IMG/VR virus record: IMGVR_UViG_3300046820_002568
Span: 1-64,000 of that record
Direction: 5' to 3' (one strand)
Length of the DNA stretch: 64,000 nt
Source of the DNA: a virus
Within the stretch, counting starts at the first letter, position 1; the number at the start of each line of letters is the position of its first letter. The position numbers and the translations under genes are program-made. Shown piece after piece: positions 27,214 through 37,605 of the stretch. Below the pieces are notes generated by a model. The model had not been told where the DNA came from. It did not search any database and worked only from the letters and a program-made list of their open reading frames with translations.

Positions 27214-27462
27214 TTACCTTACATTTTTAATTCTTGGTTCCCAATAACTTCTTTGTACCCACATGAATTGGTAAAACTCACTGAACATCTTGGCTACCAA
27301 ATCTTTAGTTTCAGTTCCAAGTTTTCCTCTTTTAAGTTCCTTAATTACCATATCCATCATCTTATCCTCAAATTGACGCATGGTATTGGACCCAAGAAAG
27401 TCTTTTATTTCTTTCCTCACCAAAATTTCTATTTCTTTTTTCTCAGTTGCTGTAAGTGCCAT
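27214..27462 (-). CDS. hypothetical protein
   Basis: 82-aa ORF. Confidence 0.7.
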   Translation of the reverse strand: MALTATEKKEIEILVRKEIKDFLGSNTMRQFEDKMMDMVIKELKRGKLGTETKDLVAKMFSEFYQFMWVQRSYWEPRIKNVR

Positions 27463-28082
27463 TACTGTTCAATTTGTGAGGTTTTCTTTCTAGCAGCTAA
27501 AACTTTAGCCCACTTTGATTTAAACTTTTCATAATATGTCTGAAGCTTTGTAATCATATCCAAAAGGTTTTCATCAAGTTTCATCATTTCTCCTGAGATA
27601 TAAATTCCGTTGCTTTCACCTATTGTATAATAAAATTCAACATCATAATCCACAACAACGCCAGACCATTCAACATTGTTTTTATAAACATTCAATTGAC
27701 CAAAATTTGCAAGGTCAGAAACCTCATTAACAAATTCATCCATAGTCTCTTGAAATGCCGCCTTGTCCTCGGTTGTGAGTTCTACTTCTTTTGAGGTATC
27801 TCCATGAATTACCAAAACACCGCCAGATATTCTATATCCCTGACTCATATCATCTGGTACACCCTCGTTATCCTCAATTTCTTCCTCTGTTGATTTTGTC
27901 ACATTGTACCTTTGGGTATCTCTTGGGCTGTCCTCTTCCTTGATAAGGTATTTTTCCTTAATATCTTTTACGTGTTCTGAAACGATAGGATTTGAGTTTT
28001 GAGCAAGGTCCCTTATCGCTTTAATTTGGTTTTTTATAATTTCAATTTCATTCATCTTCGATTCTATTTTTGAACTCCTCAA
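27462..28082 (-). CDS. hypothetical protein
   Basis: ORF track; true start probably MNEIEII. Confidence 0.7.
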   Translation of the reverse strand: MRSSKIESKMNEIEIIKNQIKAIRDLAQNSNPIVSEHVKDIKEKYLIKEEDSPRDTQRYNVTKSTEEEIEDNEGVPDDMSQGYRISGGVLVIHGDTSKEVELTTEDKAAFQETMDEFVNEVSDLANFGQLNVYKNNVEWSGVVVDYDVEFYYTIGESNGIYISGEMMKLDENLLDMITKLQTYYEKFKSKWAKVLAARKKTSQIEQ

Positions 28083-28644
28083 AGTTAAAAGACGGACTTG
28101 GGTCCGTGTATTTATTACTATAGTTGCTACGACACACTATACCATTAAATATCTTGATACCATCAACTTTTGTGTTGTGACCAATAAAACTTTTACTAAT
28201 TGAGAATTTTTTTGTAAGTTTCTTACAAAGTTCAGTCAATGAATCTAATTGCTCGTCTGTATATTTTTGCCAATATATCTTTTCTCTCCATTTTCTTTCT
28301 AATACTTCGCCTGAATTTTTCTCATTAATCCAATTATAATGGTCCTCAGAAAGTGGGACTTTTTTAAGCCACCCGAGATTTTCAAGTGAAATAATTATAG
28401 AATTTTTATTGACTTCATAATCCGGAAAAAAGTTAGAGTAACAGTCATCAGGCATAAGTCCAATTATCTCACCGCTTCTTGCAATGAAATAATTTGGAAC
28501 TTTTTTATAATTTTCGTTGTTTCTATATTTCAGAGAATTTAAATACTGATTGTGTCCCCTGAAAGAATTACAAAGAATTATTTGTTTTTTGTTCTTGTTT
28601 TTTTCAAAATTATTGAAATTACCAAACTTGGTAATGTTAGTCAT
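28048..28644 (-). CDS. N-acetylmuramoyl-L-alanine amidase-like (Amidase_2 fold), atypical Zn ligands
   Basis: NYFIARSGEI, NSIIISLENLG, YTDEQLDSL, TDPSP. Confidence 0.75.
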   Translation of the reverse strand: MTNITKFGNFNNFEKNKNKKQIILCNSFRGHNQYLNSLKYRNNENYKKVPNYFIARSGEIIGLMPDDCYSNFFPDYEVNKNSIIISLENLGWLKKVPLSEDHYNWINEKNSGEVLERKWREKIYWQKYTDEQLDSLTELCKKLTKKFSISKSFIGHNTKVDGIKIFNGIVCRSNYSNKYTDPSPSFNFEEFKNRIEDE

Positions 28645-29650
28645 TACGTTTAAAATAATTTAATATTTTAGTAGATGGTCCCATCTCAATTGGTTCAGGT
28701 TTTACTTCCTCAATAATTTCTTGTGGAATTTCTTCGGCAATCTCTTCTTTGGTTTCATCACCTGAATATAAATTTTCAGTTTCCTCTGGTTCAAAGAATA
28801 CTTTTCCTATTTCTTCCTCAATTTGAGTTTCAACAACTGGTTTTTCTTCCTCAACGACAGGTTCTTCTTTAATTTCAACCACCTCAGGTTTTCCATATTG
28901 GTTTAATATCTTTTCAATGTTTTCTAATTCCTTTTCATATGGGGTGAACTTTTCGACTTCGTTTTCAGTGAACTTTGGTCCTTCGTATTGAATGTCCTTT
29001 AGAAATTTTTCAAACTTTTCGATGTCACTCATGGTTGGTTTGTACTTCAAGTCCCTTTCTTCCATAAGTTTCTTCTCAATAAATTTTTGTTTCATCTCAT
29101 CATATTCTTCTTCACTCATTTGTTGGGATAGGTCCTCATTCTTTTTAGTAGCATCTTCTTTTACCTTTGTTTCTTCAATTACTTTATTCTGTTCAGAGAA
29201 CTTAACGAGCATGTGAGCGAAAGTTAAAGAAATTATCGGAAGAAGTCCTCCTGTTAAAAATGAAAGAATATTTTTGTGAAAATTAATATCAGTTTTATCC
29301 ACACCCATATTCTCAAAAAGTCCTCCTACCATAGAAATCCAATCTTTAAATGACTCAGAGTTTTCATCAATATAAGAAAATGAAAAGAATATGTTACCAA
29401 CCATTTGAATTATGGTAACAATAATGAATGGGAAATATATAAAATTTCCCATCCTTACTGATACCGCCGCAAGTGCTGAAAGTGCTGCAACTTCAATACC
29501 TACTGAAAGGTAAATTGCCCATGAAATCGGATTAGAAAGACCATAAAAAGAAGTAACATGTGAGATAGACACAAATGCAACCAACAAGATTGGGATAACA
29601 AATGCCGTCGCTATGATATTTCTAAGGTTTCTTTGAATCCACTTTTTCAT
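28637..29650 (-). CDS. multi-TM membrane protein with acidic tail
   Basis: Four hydrophobic helices then E-rich region. Confidence 0.75.
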   Translation of the reverse strand: MKKWIQRNLRNIIATAFVIPILLVAFVSISHVTSFYGLSNPISWAIYLSVGIEVAALSALAAVSVRMGNFIYFPFIIVTIIQMVGNIFFSFSYIDENSESFKDWISMVGGLFENMGVDKTDINFHKNILSFLTGGLLPIISLTFAHMLVKFSEQNKVIEETKVKEDATKKNEDLSQQMSEEEYDEMKQKFIEKKLMEERDLKYKPTMSDIEKFEKFLKDIQYEGPKFTENEVEKFTPYEKELENIEKILNQYGKPEVVEIKEEPVVEEEKPVVETQIEEEIGKVFFEPEETENLYSGDETKEEIAEEIPQEIIEEVKPEPIEMGPSTKILNYFKRND

Positions 29651-29925
29651 TTTCTAGATTCACTCTTATAATGATTTATTGGCATTTTGTTCTTGTCAGA
29701 TAACTCTTCTATTTCCAAAGTCTGCCATAGTGTTGTAGTTTCAAGAATGTTTTTCATTTCTTGTTCTGTCAAAACTATATTAGTTAACGAATCTACTTTA
29801 ACTTTTAATTCAGTGTTTTGTTCCTTAATTGTCTTCAACTGAGTTGTAGTACCACAGCTTTTAATAAAAAGGATGAAAACAAGTGCCAGTGTCACTGGTA
29901 ATAAAAATTTTTGAATCTTTTCCAT
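29647..29925 (-). CDS. membrane-anchored coiled-coil / lipoprotein-like protein
   Basis: Hydrophobic stretch ending FIKSCG, then coiled coil. Confidence 0.6.
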   Translation of the reverse strand: MEKIQKFLLPVTLALVFILFIKSCGTTTQLKTIKEQNTELKVKVDSLTNIVLTEQEMKNILETTTLWQTLEIEELSDKNKMPINHYKSESRK

Positions 29926-29970
29926 TTTAAAGTTTTTCTAAAAATATATTATATTATAATAAATACTAAA

Positions 29971-30789
29971 TTAAAGATAATCAAACAAATTTGATGACTC
30001 ATTTCTCAATTTTCTTAGTCCTCTCTCTTTAATTTGTCGTACTCTTTCCTTTGTAAGGTTGAAGTCCTCCCCGATATCTTCGAGTGTTCTTGGCGTTCCT
30101 GACAATCCATAATAGTCCATAATAATCTGTCTTTCACGACTATCAAGTACATCCAAAATCGCCATAAGACCTTCTTTAACTTGTTTGTCACTATTAAAGG
30201 AATGGTCGGGTCTTAGTGAATCCTTATTCTCAATAAGGTCAATCAAAGTATCTCCATCCTCATTAATCTGTGATTCCAAATTAATTACATTTGGTAGGTT
30301 TGCAAATTTACCATCCATAGCATCACCAGTCTTTTCAACACGCTTTCTTTCTTTATGAAGGTCCTGTACAACATTGACTGGAAGTCGAATGGTACGAGAA
30401 TTCTCATTCAAAGACTGAAGAATTGATTGACGAATCCACCACACTGCGTAAGAGATAAATCTCAAATTCTTTGTCCAATCAAAGCTATTTATAGCCCTCA
30501 TAAGTCCAATATTACCCTCTGCAATCAAGTCGGATAAGTCAAGACCTTGGTTTTGGTATTGTTTTGCAATTGTAATTACAAATCGCAAATTACCTTCCAA
30601 TAATTCTCGGTTAATCTCCTCCTTTTCAAAATTGGAAATTTCTCCACTTTGAATTTTCTTTGAGAGTTCCTTTTCCCTTTCAGGTGTCATCACCTTAATA
30701 CGACGAAGTTCTTTCAGATAATACTGAATCTCATCTTGATTAATTGGTGAAGAATTTTTCTCTTGTTTCTCATCCTTTTGAATACTCAT
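29971..30789 (-). CDS. RNA polymerase sigma-70 factor (RpoD/RpoS-like, no region 1.1)
   Basis: NLRFVITIAKQY, DLIAEGNIGL, RFISYAVWWIRQSI, TLEDIG..LTKERVRQI. Confidence 0.95.
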   Translation of the reverse strand: MSIQKDEKQEKNSSPINQDEIQYYLKELRRIKVMTPEREKELSKKIQSGEISNFEKEEINRELLEGNLRFVITIAKQYQNQGLDLSDLIAEGNIGLMRAINSFDWTKNLRFISYAVWWIRQSILQSLNENSRTIRLPVNVVQDLHKERKRVEKTGDAMDGKFANLPNVINLESQINEDGDTLIDLIENKDSLRPDHSFNSDKQVKEGLMAILDVLDSRERQIIMDYYGLSGTPRTLEDIGEDFNLTKERVRQIKERGLRKLRNESSNLFDYL

Positions 30790-31324
30790 CTAATATAATT
30801 TTTTCGGTTACTGTTAATGATTCAATTCCATTTTCGTTTATTTTGTCCAAAATCTCATCAAGAGTCGGAACATCCTCGCAATTTTCCTCTTCATTCATAA
30901 ATCGTGATAGGTCAACTCCAAGAAATTCTGACAGTCCGTTGATGAATTCATCACTTTCAACACTTATAATGTCATTTTGGATATCATCCAAATTATAATC
31001 CACTTTAATACTATCTGACAAATTGTCAGTATTTACTGTCTCATTGAACAGGTGATTTTGGATTTTCTTGTCATCAATATAGAAATTAACATTTCTATTA
31101 AACGGAACCATAAAATACATTGCGGTCAATTGTTGTAATGGTTCAGCAATTTTCTTCTTAATCTCACCGGTCTTCATAAGTGAAGAAAAGTGATAAATTG
31201 CCCCTGAGTCTCCAAATTGATATTTAACATCCACTGAGGATACTTCGCTTAACAATTTTGCTATGTTTTTGAGAATAAATGGGTGTTCATTGTAATTACC
31301 GTAAACAAAAAGTAGATACTTCAT
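30770..31324 (-). CDS. hypothetical protein with DUF6576-like C-terminus
   Basis: LDEILDKINENGIESLT; promoter TTTG-N20-TATTTTTG at 31338-31369. Confidence 0.65.
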   Translation of the reverse strand: MKYLLFVYGNYNEHPFILKNIAKLLSEVSSVDVKYQFGDSGAIYHFSSLMKTGEIKKKIAEPLQQLTAMYFMVPFNRNVNFYIDDKKIQNHLFNETVNTDNLSDSIKVDYNLDDIQNDIISVESDEFINGLSEFLGVDLSRFMNEEENCEDVPTLDEILDKINENGIESLTVTEKIILDEYSKG

Positions 31325-31373
31325 AATTAATTTTTTACAAAAATACGACTGATTTATTTATCTGCCAAATCTT

Positions 31374-33743
31374 TTAATTAACAATTTTACTAATGTTGTC
31401 AACCTTCTTCACTTTGATTGTGTTATCAGCCCACTGCGAAATTAGTGGATTGTGGGTAATAACCAAAATATTTTCAAAATATTCTTTAATCTTAATAAAG
31501 AACTCATAAACCATTTCAAGATTGTCATTTGATATCTTACCAAATACCTCATCAAATACAACTATGTTTGGTTTAGGTAGCGAACAAACTTTAGAAAGGA
31601 CCGCTCTCAAAGCAAGTGATGCGATTGTCTTTTCATATCCCGAACCAGAGACCATAAGTTTTTCAATCTGGGTATTGTTATCAATCATCCAAAACTCAAC
31701 CTCATTCTTTTCAGATATTCTAACCTCAAGTCTAAAGTAACAAGAGTCTTGAAGTAGTCTTTGTAGCTCGGAGTTGATAAGTGGCATCATATTCTTCATA
31801 ATCTTTTTGGCAATACCATTCTTACCATAAAGTTCCAAATAGACCTTATACTTACCTTCTTTGGTTTGTTCTTCTTTAATCTTATCAATCAGGTCAAGGT
31901 TTTTAATCACCTTTTCGTTGTTCTTTGATATTTCAAAATTTGAATTAGATATTGCTCTTTCAACCGTAGATAGTTCAGTTTTAAGTTCATTCAGTCTTAA
32001 ATCAGCTTTAACAATCAAACTATCGGTGTTGTTATTCTTTTGAATAATGTCTTGAACTTCATCATACCTTTTTAACTTATCTTCCAAACTTTGCTTCTTT
32101 GTTTCAAGATTTTCTATTGTTGCTTGATACTTTTCAAATATAAGTTTGTTCTTCTCATACTCATCAAAGTCTTTTTTAAGTTGGACGAAACCCTGTTCTT
32201 TGCTGGAAAGTTCCATCATTACCCCTTCAATCTTGGTTTTTTGCTCGGAAAATCCATCAAGTTCAGCAATTTTTGACTGAGTAATTGCAGCATTCATAAG
32301 TTCAATTCCACAGTGTTCGCACTTTATTCCCCCACTAACTGAACTTTTAAGTCGTTCAATTTCTTTAATTTTACTCTCAACTTCAACCTTTTCTCGGAAC
32401 TGTTTGTTGTATTCATCTTTGATTTTGTCGTGCTGGTCCTCGTGATAATATTCCTTTGGCTCAACGACTTTAACATTGTCTCGGTCGGTTGTGTTTTTGT
32501 TAATCTGAAATTCATATTGCTTAATTTCATTTTGAGTATTCTCAGGGTTCAAAAGTGATATTTCTCTGTCAACTGAAACTTTTGATTTAAGGAGGTTATC
32601 CCTATAATCTTGACCTTTCTTTAGTCTATCATTAATGTCAGTAAGCTTTCCTTCACTCTCGGTAATTAAATTTTGGAGTTCCTTATTCTTCTCTTGAATG
32701 GTTTCATTCTCTTGTTTCAAACTCTCTGTATTATAGATGTTTGAAATCATAGACTTTGAGAACTCCGAGTAGATTTGTTTACCGGTCTCTTCCTTTCTTT
32801 TAAGAAAGTCTAGTCCCAAAAATCTTGATATAACTTGTCCTCTTGCCGTTGGCTTCGACTCAAGTAAATCTTCAAGGTTTGTTCCAGTTGTTAGAATTGT
32901 CATTAAAAAGTCATCGTAATTACCAATAGATTGTTTAATGAAATTTTCTGTCTCTCTTCTCTGTTCTCCTGTAAATTTAACTAGTGAACCATCAGGATAC
33001 TTTTTGAAGAAGTCCAGTTCAGTTTTAACATTCCATTCACCTGATTTTGCTTTCTTTCTTTCAAGTTCCCTTACAATAATGTAGTCTTCACCATCAATTT
33101 CAATCTCACCTTTAACAATAACTTTATTGCTGTCTGAATATCTGTTGAAGATTTCTTCAGCCTTATTTGTTTTTGTTGTGGTATTGAAGAAAAGGAACAT
33201 TAGAAGGTCAACGGACAATACTGTCTTTCCTCCAAAGTTTGGTGGGTCCGATTCAATTACGGTAATCCCACCAAGCTTTTGAAAGTTTAATTTTTGATTT
33301 TCACCATAAGATAAGAAGTTTGAAAATTCAATTGTCTTGATGTACCACTTCTTAAATGCGGGAGTTTCCTCTTGTTCTGATAACATTTTGTTTTCAACTG
33401 CGTTGTCAATCTTTATAATTTCTTCATAAAGGTCTCCCTGATTCTTGGATTCTAAAATACCTTTCAAAAGTTCATGCTGATAGTTTTTGTCCATAATATT
33501 AAGGGACACATCAACATTGTCTTCAACATCTTCAGTCTTCTTTAGTTTTGTAACCAGATTAACTGAAGTTGTATTGTATTTCTTTTGAAAGTATTGCTTT
33601 ACACTCTTTAATTTTTCTTGTGTAAAGTTTTCAGGATAGTCTTCCCATACCACTTGGATTGGGGGATTATCCAATATTTCTAAATCCAAATCTTTTAGCA
33701 TTCTTTTTGGTGTTAAATCTATGTAATTACTGAACAGGTCCAC
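31374..33743 (-). CDS. SbcC/Rad50/gp46-like recombination ATPase
   Basis: NFLSYG, GGKT, CEHC zinc hook, SGYE signature, VVFDEVFG, VITH. Confidence 0.92.
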   Translation of the reverse strand: MDLFSNYIDLTPKRMLKDLDLEILDNPPIQVVWEDYPENFTQEKLKSVKQYFQKKYNTTSVNLVTKLKKTEDVEDNVDVSLNIMDKNYQHELLKGILESKNQGDLYEEIIKIDNAVENKMLSEQEETPAFKKWYIKTIEFSNFLSYGENQKLNFQKLGGITVIESDPPNFGGKTVLSVDLLMFLFFNTTTKTNKAEEIFNRYSDSNKVIVKGEIEIDGEDYIIVRELERKKAKSGEWNVKTELDFFKKYPDGSLVKFTGEQRRETENFIKQSIGNYDDFLMTILTTGTNLEDLLESKPTARGQVISRFLGLDFLKRKEETGKQIYSEFSKSMISNIYNTESLKQENETIQEKNKELQNLITESEGKLTDINDRLKKGQDYRDNLLKSKVSVDREISLLNPENTQNEIKQYEFQINKNTTDRDNVKVVEPKEYYHEDQHDKIKDEYNKQFREKVEVESKIKEIERLKSSVSGGIKCEHCGIELMNAAITQSKIAELDGFSEQKTKIEGVMMELSSKEQGFVQLKKDFDEYEKNKLIFEKYQATIENLETKKQSLEDKLKRYDEVQDIIQKNNNTDSLIVKADLRLNELKTELSTVERAISNSNFEISKNNEKVIKNLDLIDKIKEEQTKEGKYKVYLELYGKNGIAKKIMKNMMPLINSELQRLLQDSCYFRLEVRISEKNEVEFWMIDNNTQIEKLMVSGSGYEKTIASLALRAVLSKVCSLPKPNIVVFDEVFGKISNDNLEMVYEFFIKIKEYFENILVITHNPLISQWADNTIKVKKVDNISKIVN

Positions 33744-33909
33744 TTAATTCTTCGGCTGATTGATTCTCGGTCATTCCACTTAGTTTATCGAGATACTTTT
33801 GCATTTCTTCATTCATTAATTTAGAATAAAGTTTTTTTGCGGCTTCAACTTTTTTGTGTCTAGATTGAACTTTCGCTTTGTGGTTTTTGCGTTGTCTTGA
33901 TTTTGGCAT
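33727..33909 (-). CDS. small basic protein
   Basis: 60-aa ORF MPKSRQRKNHK... Confidence 0.7.
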   Translation of the reverse strand: MPKSRQRKNHKAKVQSRHKKVEAAKKLYSKLMNEEMQKYLDKLSGMTENQSAEELSGPVQ

Positions 33910-33920
33910 AATATATTAAA

Positions 33921-34280
33921 TTAATTGTTATTCTGAGATGGTCGGTTTTGTTCAAACCATTCGATTATTGCGTTTATTGCCCACACGGCTCCTGAGGACA
34001 TAATTCCATCGAAAAACCAGCTTATCCATATTGGTGACCCAAACAGTTCTAAACTAGGTGAGAAGACAAATAAAGACAAGAAAAATCCACCCCAAGTTGA
34101 GAAACACATAGGACAAGATAGTATTCCTGAAATGAACTCTCCGAGAGGTCTAAATGGTGAATATGGATTATCTCCCCAATTCGAGAAAAAATCTCTAAAT
34201 CTTTTAAAGATTGAGCCGTAAACCATAATGTTCATTAGTCCATAGCTCAAAAGAAACCAACCTAATACTTTAATTAACAT
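33921..34280 (-). CDS. DUF1360-like membrane protein
   Basis: LSCPMCFSTW between TM helices. Confidence 0.7.
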   Translation of the reverse strand: MLIKVLGWFLLSYGLMNIMVYGSIFKRFRDFFSNWGDNPYSPFRPLGEFISGILSCPMCFSTWGGFFLSLFVFSPSLELFGSPIWISWFFDGIMSSGAVWAINAIIEWFEQNRPSQNNN

Positions 34281-34300
34281 ATTTTCTATTTTTTTATTGT

Positions 34301-34753
34301 TTATAATCTATCTTTTAAATTTGAATTCTTCAGGTAGAAAGCATAAGAACTTTTTGTCAAACCTTCAAGGTCATTAACCTTTGAAATCAATTCTTTTATT
34401 GTTTTATTTTTATCTCCAAGTTGTCGGTTAAGCTCAAGTAAGGTTTCTTGTAGTTTTCCACATTCTAATTCTTTTTGGTCTTGGAGTTTGACCTTTAAAC
34501 TTTCTATTTCACTTTGTAACTCTTCAATCTTTGATTTGTCTTCAACCAAAACTTCTTTCTCGAACTCCCTTTCTATAATATCAGGTAATTTACCTTGATT
34601 TAAAAGTCCGTATTTTTCAATTATCAGTCCTTTTCGGAAACATAACATAACAAAACCATCAATATCTGTAATCTCATTTAATTCACAAAACGAAATTAAA
34701 TCTTTATGGTCTTGTTTACTAATATCAATAGTTAACAAATTTTTCTGTTCCAT
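34301..34753 (-). CDS. coiled-coil hypothetical protein
   Basis: 150-aa ORF. Confidence 0.7.
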   Translation of the reverse strand: MEQKNLLTIDISKQDHKDLISFCELNEITDIDGFVMLCFRKGLIIEKYGLLNQGKLPDIIEREFEKEVLVEDKSKIEELQSEIESLKVKLQDQKELECGKLQETLLELNRQLGDKNKTIKELISKVNDLEGLTKSSYAFYLKNSNLKDRL

Positions 34754-35504
34754 TTTCTATATCTTCATATGAGTTTATTCTAAATGAAAGGAATGGTTTT
34801 GGGTTATGGAGGTCAACAGTTACGTATTCATCTTTCTCAACATCATAAATTCCATATCCATGTTTGGTCACTGTTTCACCGTAATTTTGGCAAATTGTTG
34901 AGCCAATCATGTAAGCCTTCTTTCCACCAGGTATGTCAAATATTTGACGCTTATGTATATCACCACAAAGAACCAAATCACATCCTGCAAACTTAGAGCT
35001 TTCAAATCCATCTTCAAACTTAAATCCAAGATTTGTTGTTAGTCCTTGGACTGGTCCGTGAAATAACCCAATCTTAACTCTATCATTTTTCTCTATATCA
35101 GGTGGAATATTATGGTCCATAAGTGAATAAACACACCAGTCAATATTATCATCCTGATAAACACCTCTGTTTTTATAGTAAACAACCATTTCATTTTGGA
35201 GTGAATCAACAACAGGTGTAAGAGCATCTAACCTTTCCATATTGGTTTCCAAGAAGTCGTGGTTTCCAGGAATCAATACTGTCTTTGCAATCTTAGAACA
35301 TTCGGTTAAGACCCAAGCTATAAACTCGACTAGCTCAGGGGTCATTTGGTTTTTTGAATGTACTAGGTCACCTGTAAACACAATGCGGTCAGGAGCAATA
35401 TCTCTCCACTGTTTGAAAGCATCTTCCAAGATACTCTTATAAAGGGCATGGTCCTTATACAACCTTACGTGAAGGTCACTAAAGTGAACGATTTTTTTAA
35501 TCAT
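34725..35504 (-). CDS. SbcD/Mre11/gp47-like metallophosphoesterase nuclease
   Basis: SDLH, GDLVH, GNHD, FHG, GDIH motifs. Confidence 0.92.
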   Translation of the reverse strand: MIKKIVHFSDLHVRLYKDHALYKSILEDAFKQWRDIAPDRIVFTGDLVHSKNQMTPELVEFIAWVLTECSKIAKTVLIPGNHDFLETNMERLDALTPVVDSLQNEMVVYYKNRGVYQDDNIDWCVYSLMDHNIPPDIEKNDRVKIGLFHGPVQGLTTNLGFKFEDGFESSKFAGCDLVLCGDIHKRQIFDIPGGKKAYMIGSTICQNYGETVTKHGYGIYDVEKDEYVTVDLHNPKPFLSFRINSYEDIENGTEKFVNY

Positions 35505-35740
35505 TAAAGTTCGATTTTTGGGGTGTCTTCAAAAAATGGATTAAGTTCATCATTAACATGCCCGCAGTCTTTGCAAGCATATGTTGGGAATGGAACAATC
35601 GTATCTTGAGGTGAGCCAGTCATAAGGGCTGGAACCTTCTTAAGCATTGATACTTCTTCAAACAATTTACATCCACATTTTTCACATTGAATTTGGTCCA
35701 TCTGACTTAGTTCAATCTTTGGTCTAATAATTTCGCTCAT
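35504..35740 (-). CDS. zinc-ribbon protein
   Basis: CEKC...CKDC. Confidence 0.75.
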   Translation of the reverse strand: MSEIIRPKIELSQMDQIQCEKCGCKLFEEVSMLKKVPALMTGSPQDTIVPFPTYACKDCGHVNDELNPFFEDTPKIEL

Positions 35741-35777
35741 ATTTTTTTATAAAATTTAGTAATAATTTATTGTAAAA

Positions 35778-36635
35778 TCAACTCAAGTAATTTTTCATAT
35801 CCATTTCTAAAATTGTATCAATTACTTTTTGTGGAACTCTAAATTCCTCAAACTCAGAATCTTCTCTAAGTAATGTGACAATACAACCATATAATTTTAA
35901 ATTTTCATACTTGGTTCCTTCAAGCATTTTAAGAATTAATTTACCATAAAGAGGTAGTTGGAGGTAATAGTGACCAAGTGCAGTATCATCTATTTCACCG
36001 AATGGGTATTTCATTTTTTTGGTAAATTGATTTGGCATGAAATTCTTTGGTTTGTTAGTCTTATAATCCGTTATAATAAGTCCAAATCCCGTCTTTTGTT
36101 TGTTTTCAACTATCCAAACTTTATCAGGTTGTCCTGTATACCCAATTTCTGAATGCCCTAAAACCATTTCAGTATCTAATAAAACACAATTTCTTTCTTT
36201 CATAATTTTGAGGAATTTATTTCCAGCACTTATCATACTATCCCCCTTTAATATCTGTTCAAAGTCACAATTAAAATCTGGTTTTCTAACTTCTTTAATA
36301 ATATTAAAAATTTCATGTGATTTTTTTTCAAGCATATAGTGAACTCTGCTTCCCATATTGGTTGAATAATCTCCAGCGGCTTTCCATTCCGCAAGTAATC
36401 TTTGTTGTTCTACAAGGTCACCCTTAGCCTTATTATATGATATTGTTTCAGAATCAAATTCAGTGTAAAATTTTTTTAATACTTTACTAACTGAAGGCCA
36501 ATTACTATGTAAAGTACCATCAGTATCTAACATAGTGTATTTGTGAGTAGACTCCTCAAAAGTTAATTGTAACTCTTTTTGTTTTTCAGATATTATATTT
36601 AAAATATCTTCTCTTATTTTATATAAATCCATCAT
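35778..36635 (-). CDS. PD-(D/E)XK exonuclease
   Basis: SVSKV, GSRVH, GQPD, TDYKT, YYLQLPLY. Confidence 0.85.
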   Translation of the reverse strand: MMDLYKIREDILNIISEKQKELQLTFEESTHKYTMLDTDGTLHSNWPSVSKVLKKFYTEFDSETISYNKAKGDLVEQQRLLAEWKAAGDYSTNMGSRVHYMLEKKSHEIFNIIKEVRKPDFNCDFEQILKGDSMISAGNKFLKIMKERNCVLLDTEMVLGHSEIGYTGQPDKVWIVENKQKTGFGLIITDYKTNKPKNFMPNQFTKKMKYPFGEIDDTALGHYYLQLPLYGKLILKMLEGTKYENLKLYGCIVTLLREDSEFEEFRVPQKVIDTILEMDMKNYLS

Positions 36636-37531
36636 TAATAGTTCATTTTATAATAGTAGTCATCAATCTTACCCCTCAAATCACAAACATCTTTATCCTG
36701 AGGTAATTTTAATATTTTTATTCTTCCGTGTAGTTTTCCTCCATTTAACTGCTGATATATTTTTTTTGCGTTTTCAAAAGCGTCTCCATCCAAACAAATT
36801 GTTATGTCTCCTTTGGCCCTTTCATATAATTCACCAAATAATAACTCAGGAAGATGTTTTCCAAGAAGAGGTATTGAGTTTTCCAAAAAGAATGAATCAA
36901 ACACTCCCTCACACAAATATATAGGTTTTCCCCAGTCAATCAAACTTTCGTTGAAAATAATAAGTTCTTTTGGAGCTTGGGGGTTCTTGTATTTGCTCTT
37001 TGTTTTAAACCAAGCCCTTGATACAAAGAAGTTTAACTCTCCTTCTTTATCGTAAGATGGAACAATTATTCTTCCAGCATATTCACCCTCACTTGCAAAA
37101 CCAATTCCATACTTTTCTATAATTTCATCAGTTATTCCCCTATCTCTTAAATAATTTCTCGCCTGTTTATGTGGAACATGGAGGGGATTGTAATCTTTAA
37201 ATGATGTAAATTCCTTTGGTAATCTTAAATAAGCTCTTTTTCTTTCTTCTTTTTCTATCTCAGCTGGTTTGAAAATGGAATATAGTTTCTTTTGTTTTTT
37301 GTTTCCGACAAAATCAACAAGTTTTCCTAGAGCCCCTTGGGTTCCATTTATTTCACAACAAGACCAGCATTTATAAACATGGTGATGAATATTGACTTCA
37401 AGATTTCCTTTATTTCTTCCTTCATCACATACATAACAATTGAATGCAATTTGTCCTTTGCTTGGGTAATATTGTTTTTCTTTCCCAAGCATGTCCCTTA
37501 ATAAATCCACTAAAACTTCTTCGTCTTCCAT
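36635..37531 (-). CDS. DNA primase
   Basis: CYVC/CWSC Zn domain, YLRDRGI, CEGVFD and LDGDA TOPRIM motifs. Confidence 0.9.
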   Translation of the reverse strand: MEDEEVLVDLLRDMLGKEKQYYPSKGQIAFNCYVCDEGRNKGNLEVNIHHHVYKCWSCCEINGTQGALGKLVDFVGNKKQKKLYSIFKPAEIEKEERKRAYLRLPKEFTSFKDYNPLHVPHKQARNYLRDRGITDEIIEKYGIGFASEGEYAGRIIVPSYDKEGELNFFVSRAWFKTKSKYKNPQAPKELIIFNESLIDWGKPIYLCEGVFDSFFLENSIPLLGKHLPELLFGELYERAKGDITICLDGDAFENAKKIYQQLNGGKLHGRIKILKLPQDKDVCDLRGKIDDYYYKMNY

Positions 37532-37605
37532 TTGCCCAAAAATATAATAAAAAACTTTGATTAAATCAACTTCACAAAGTTTTGCTACTTTCTATATTTA
37601 TGAAT

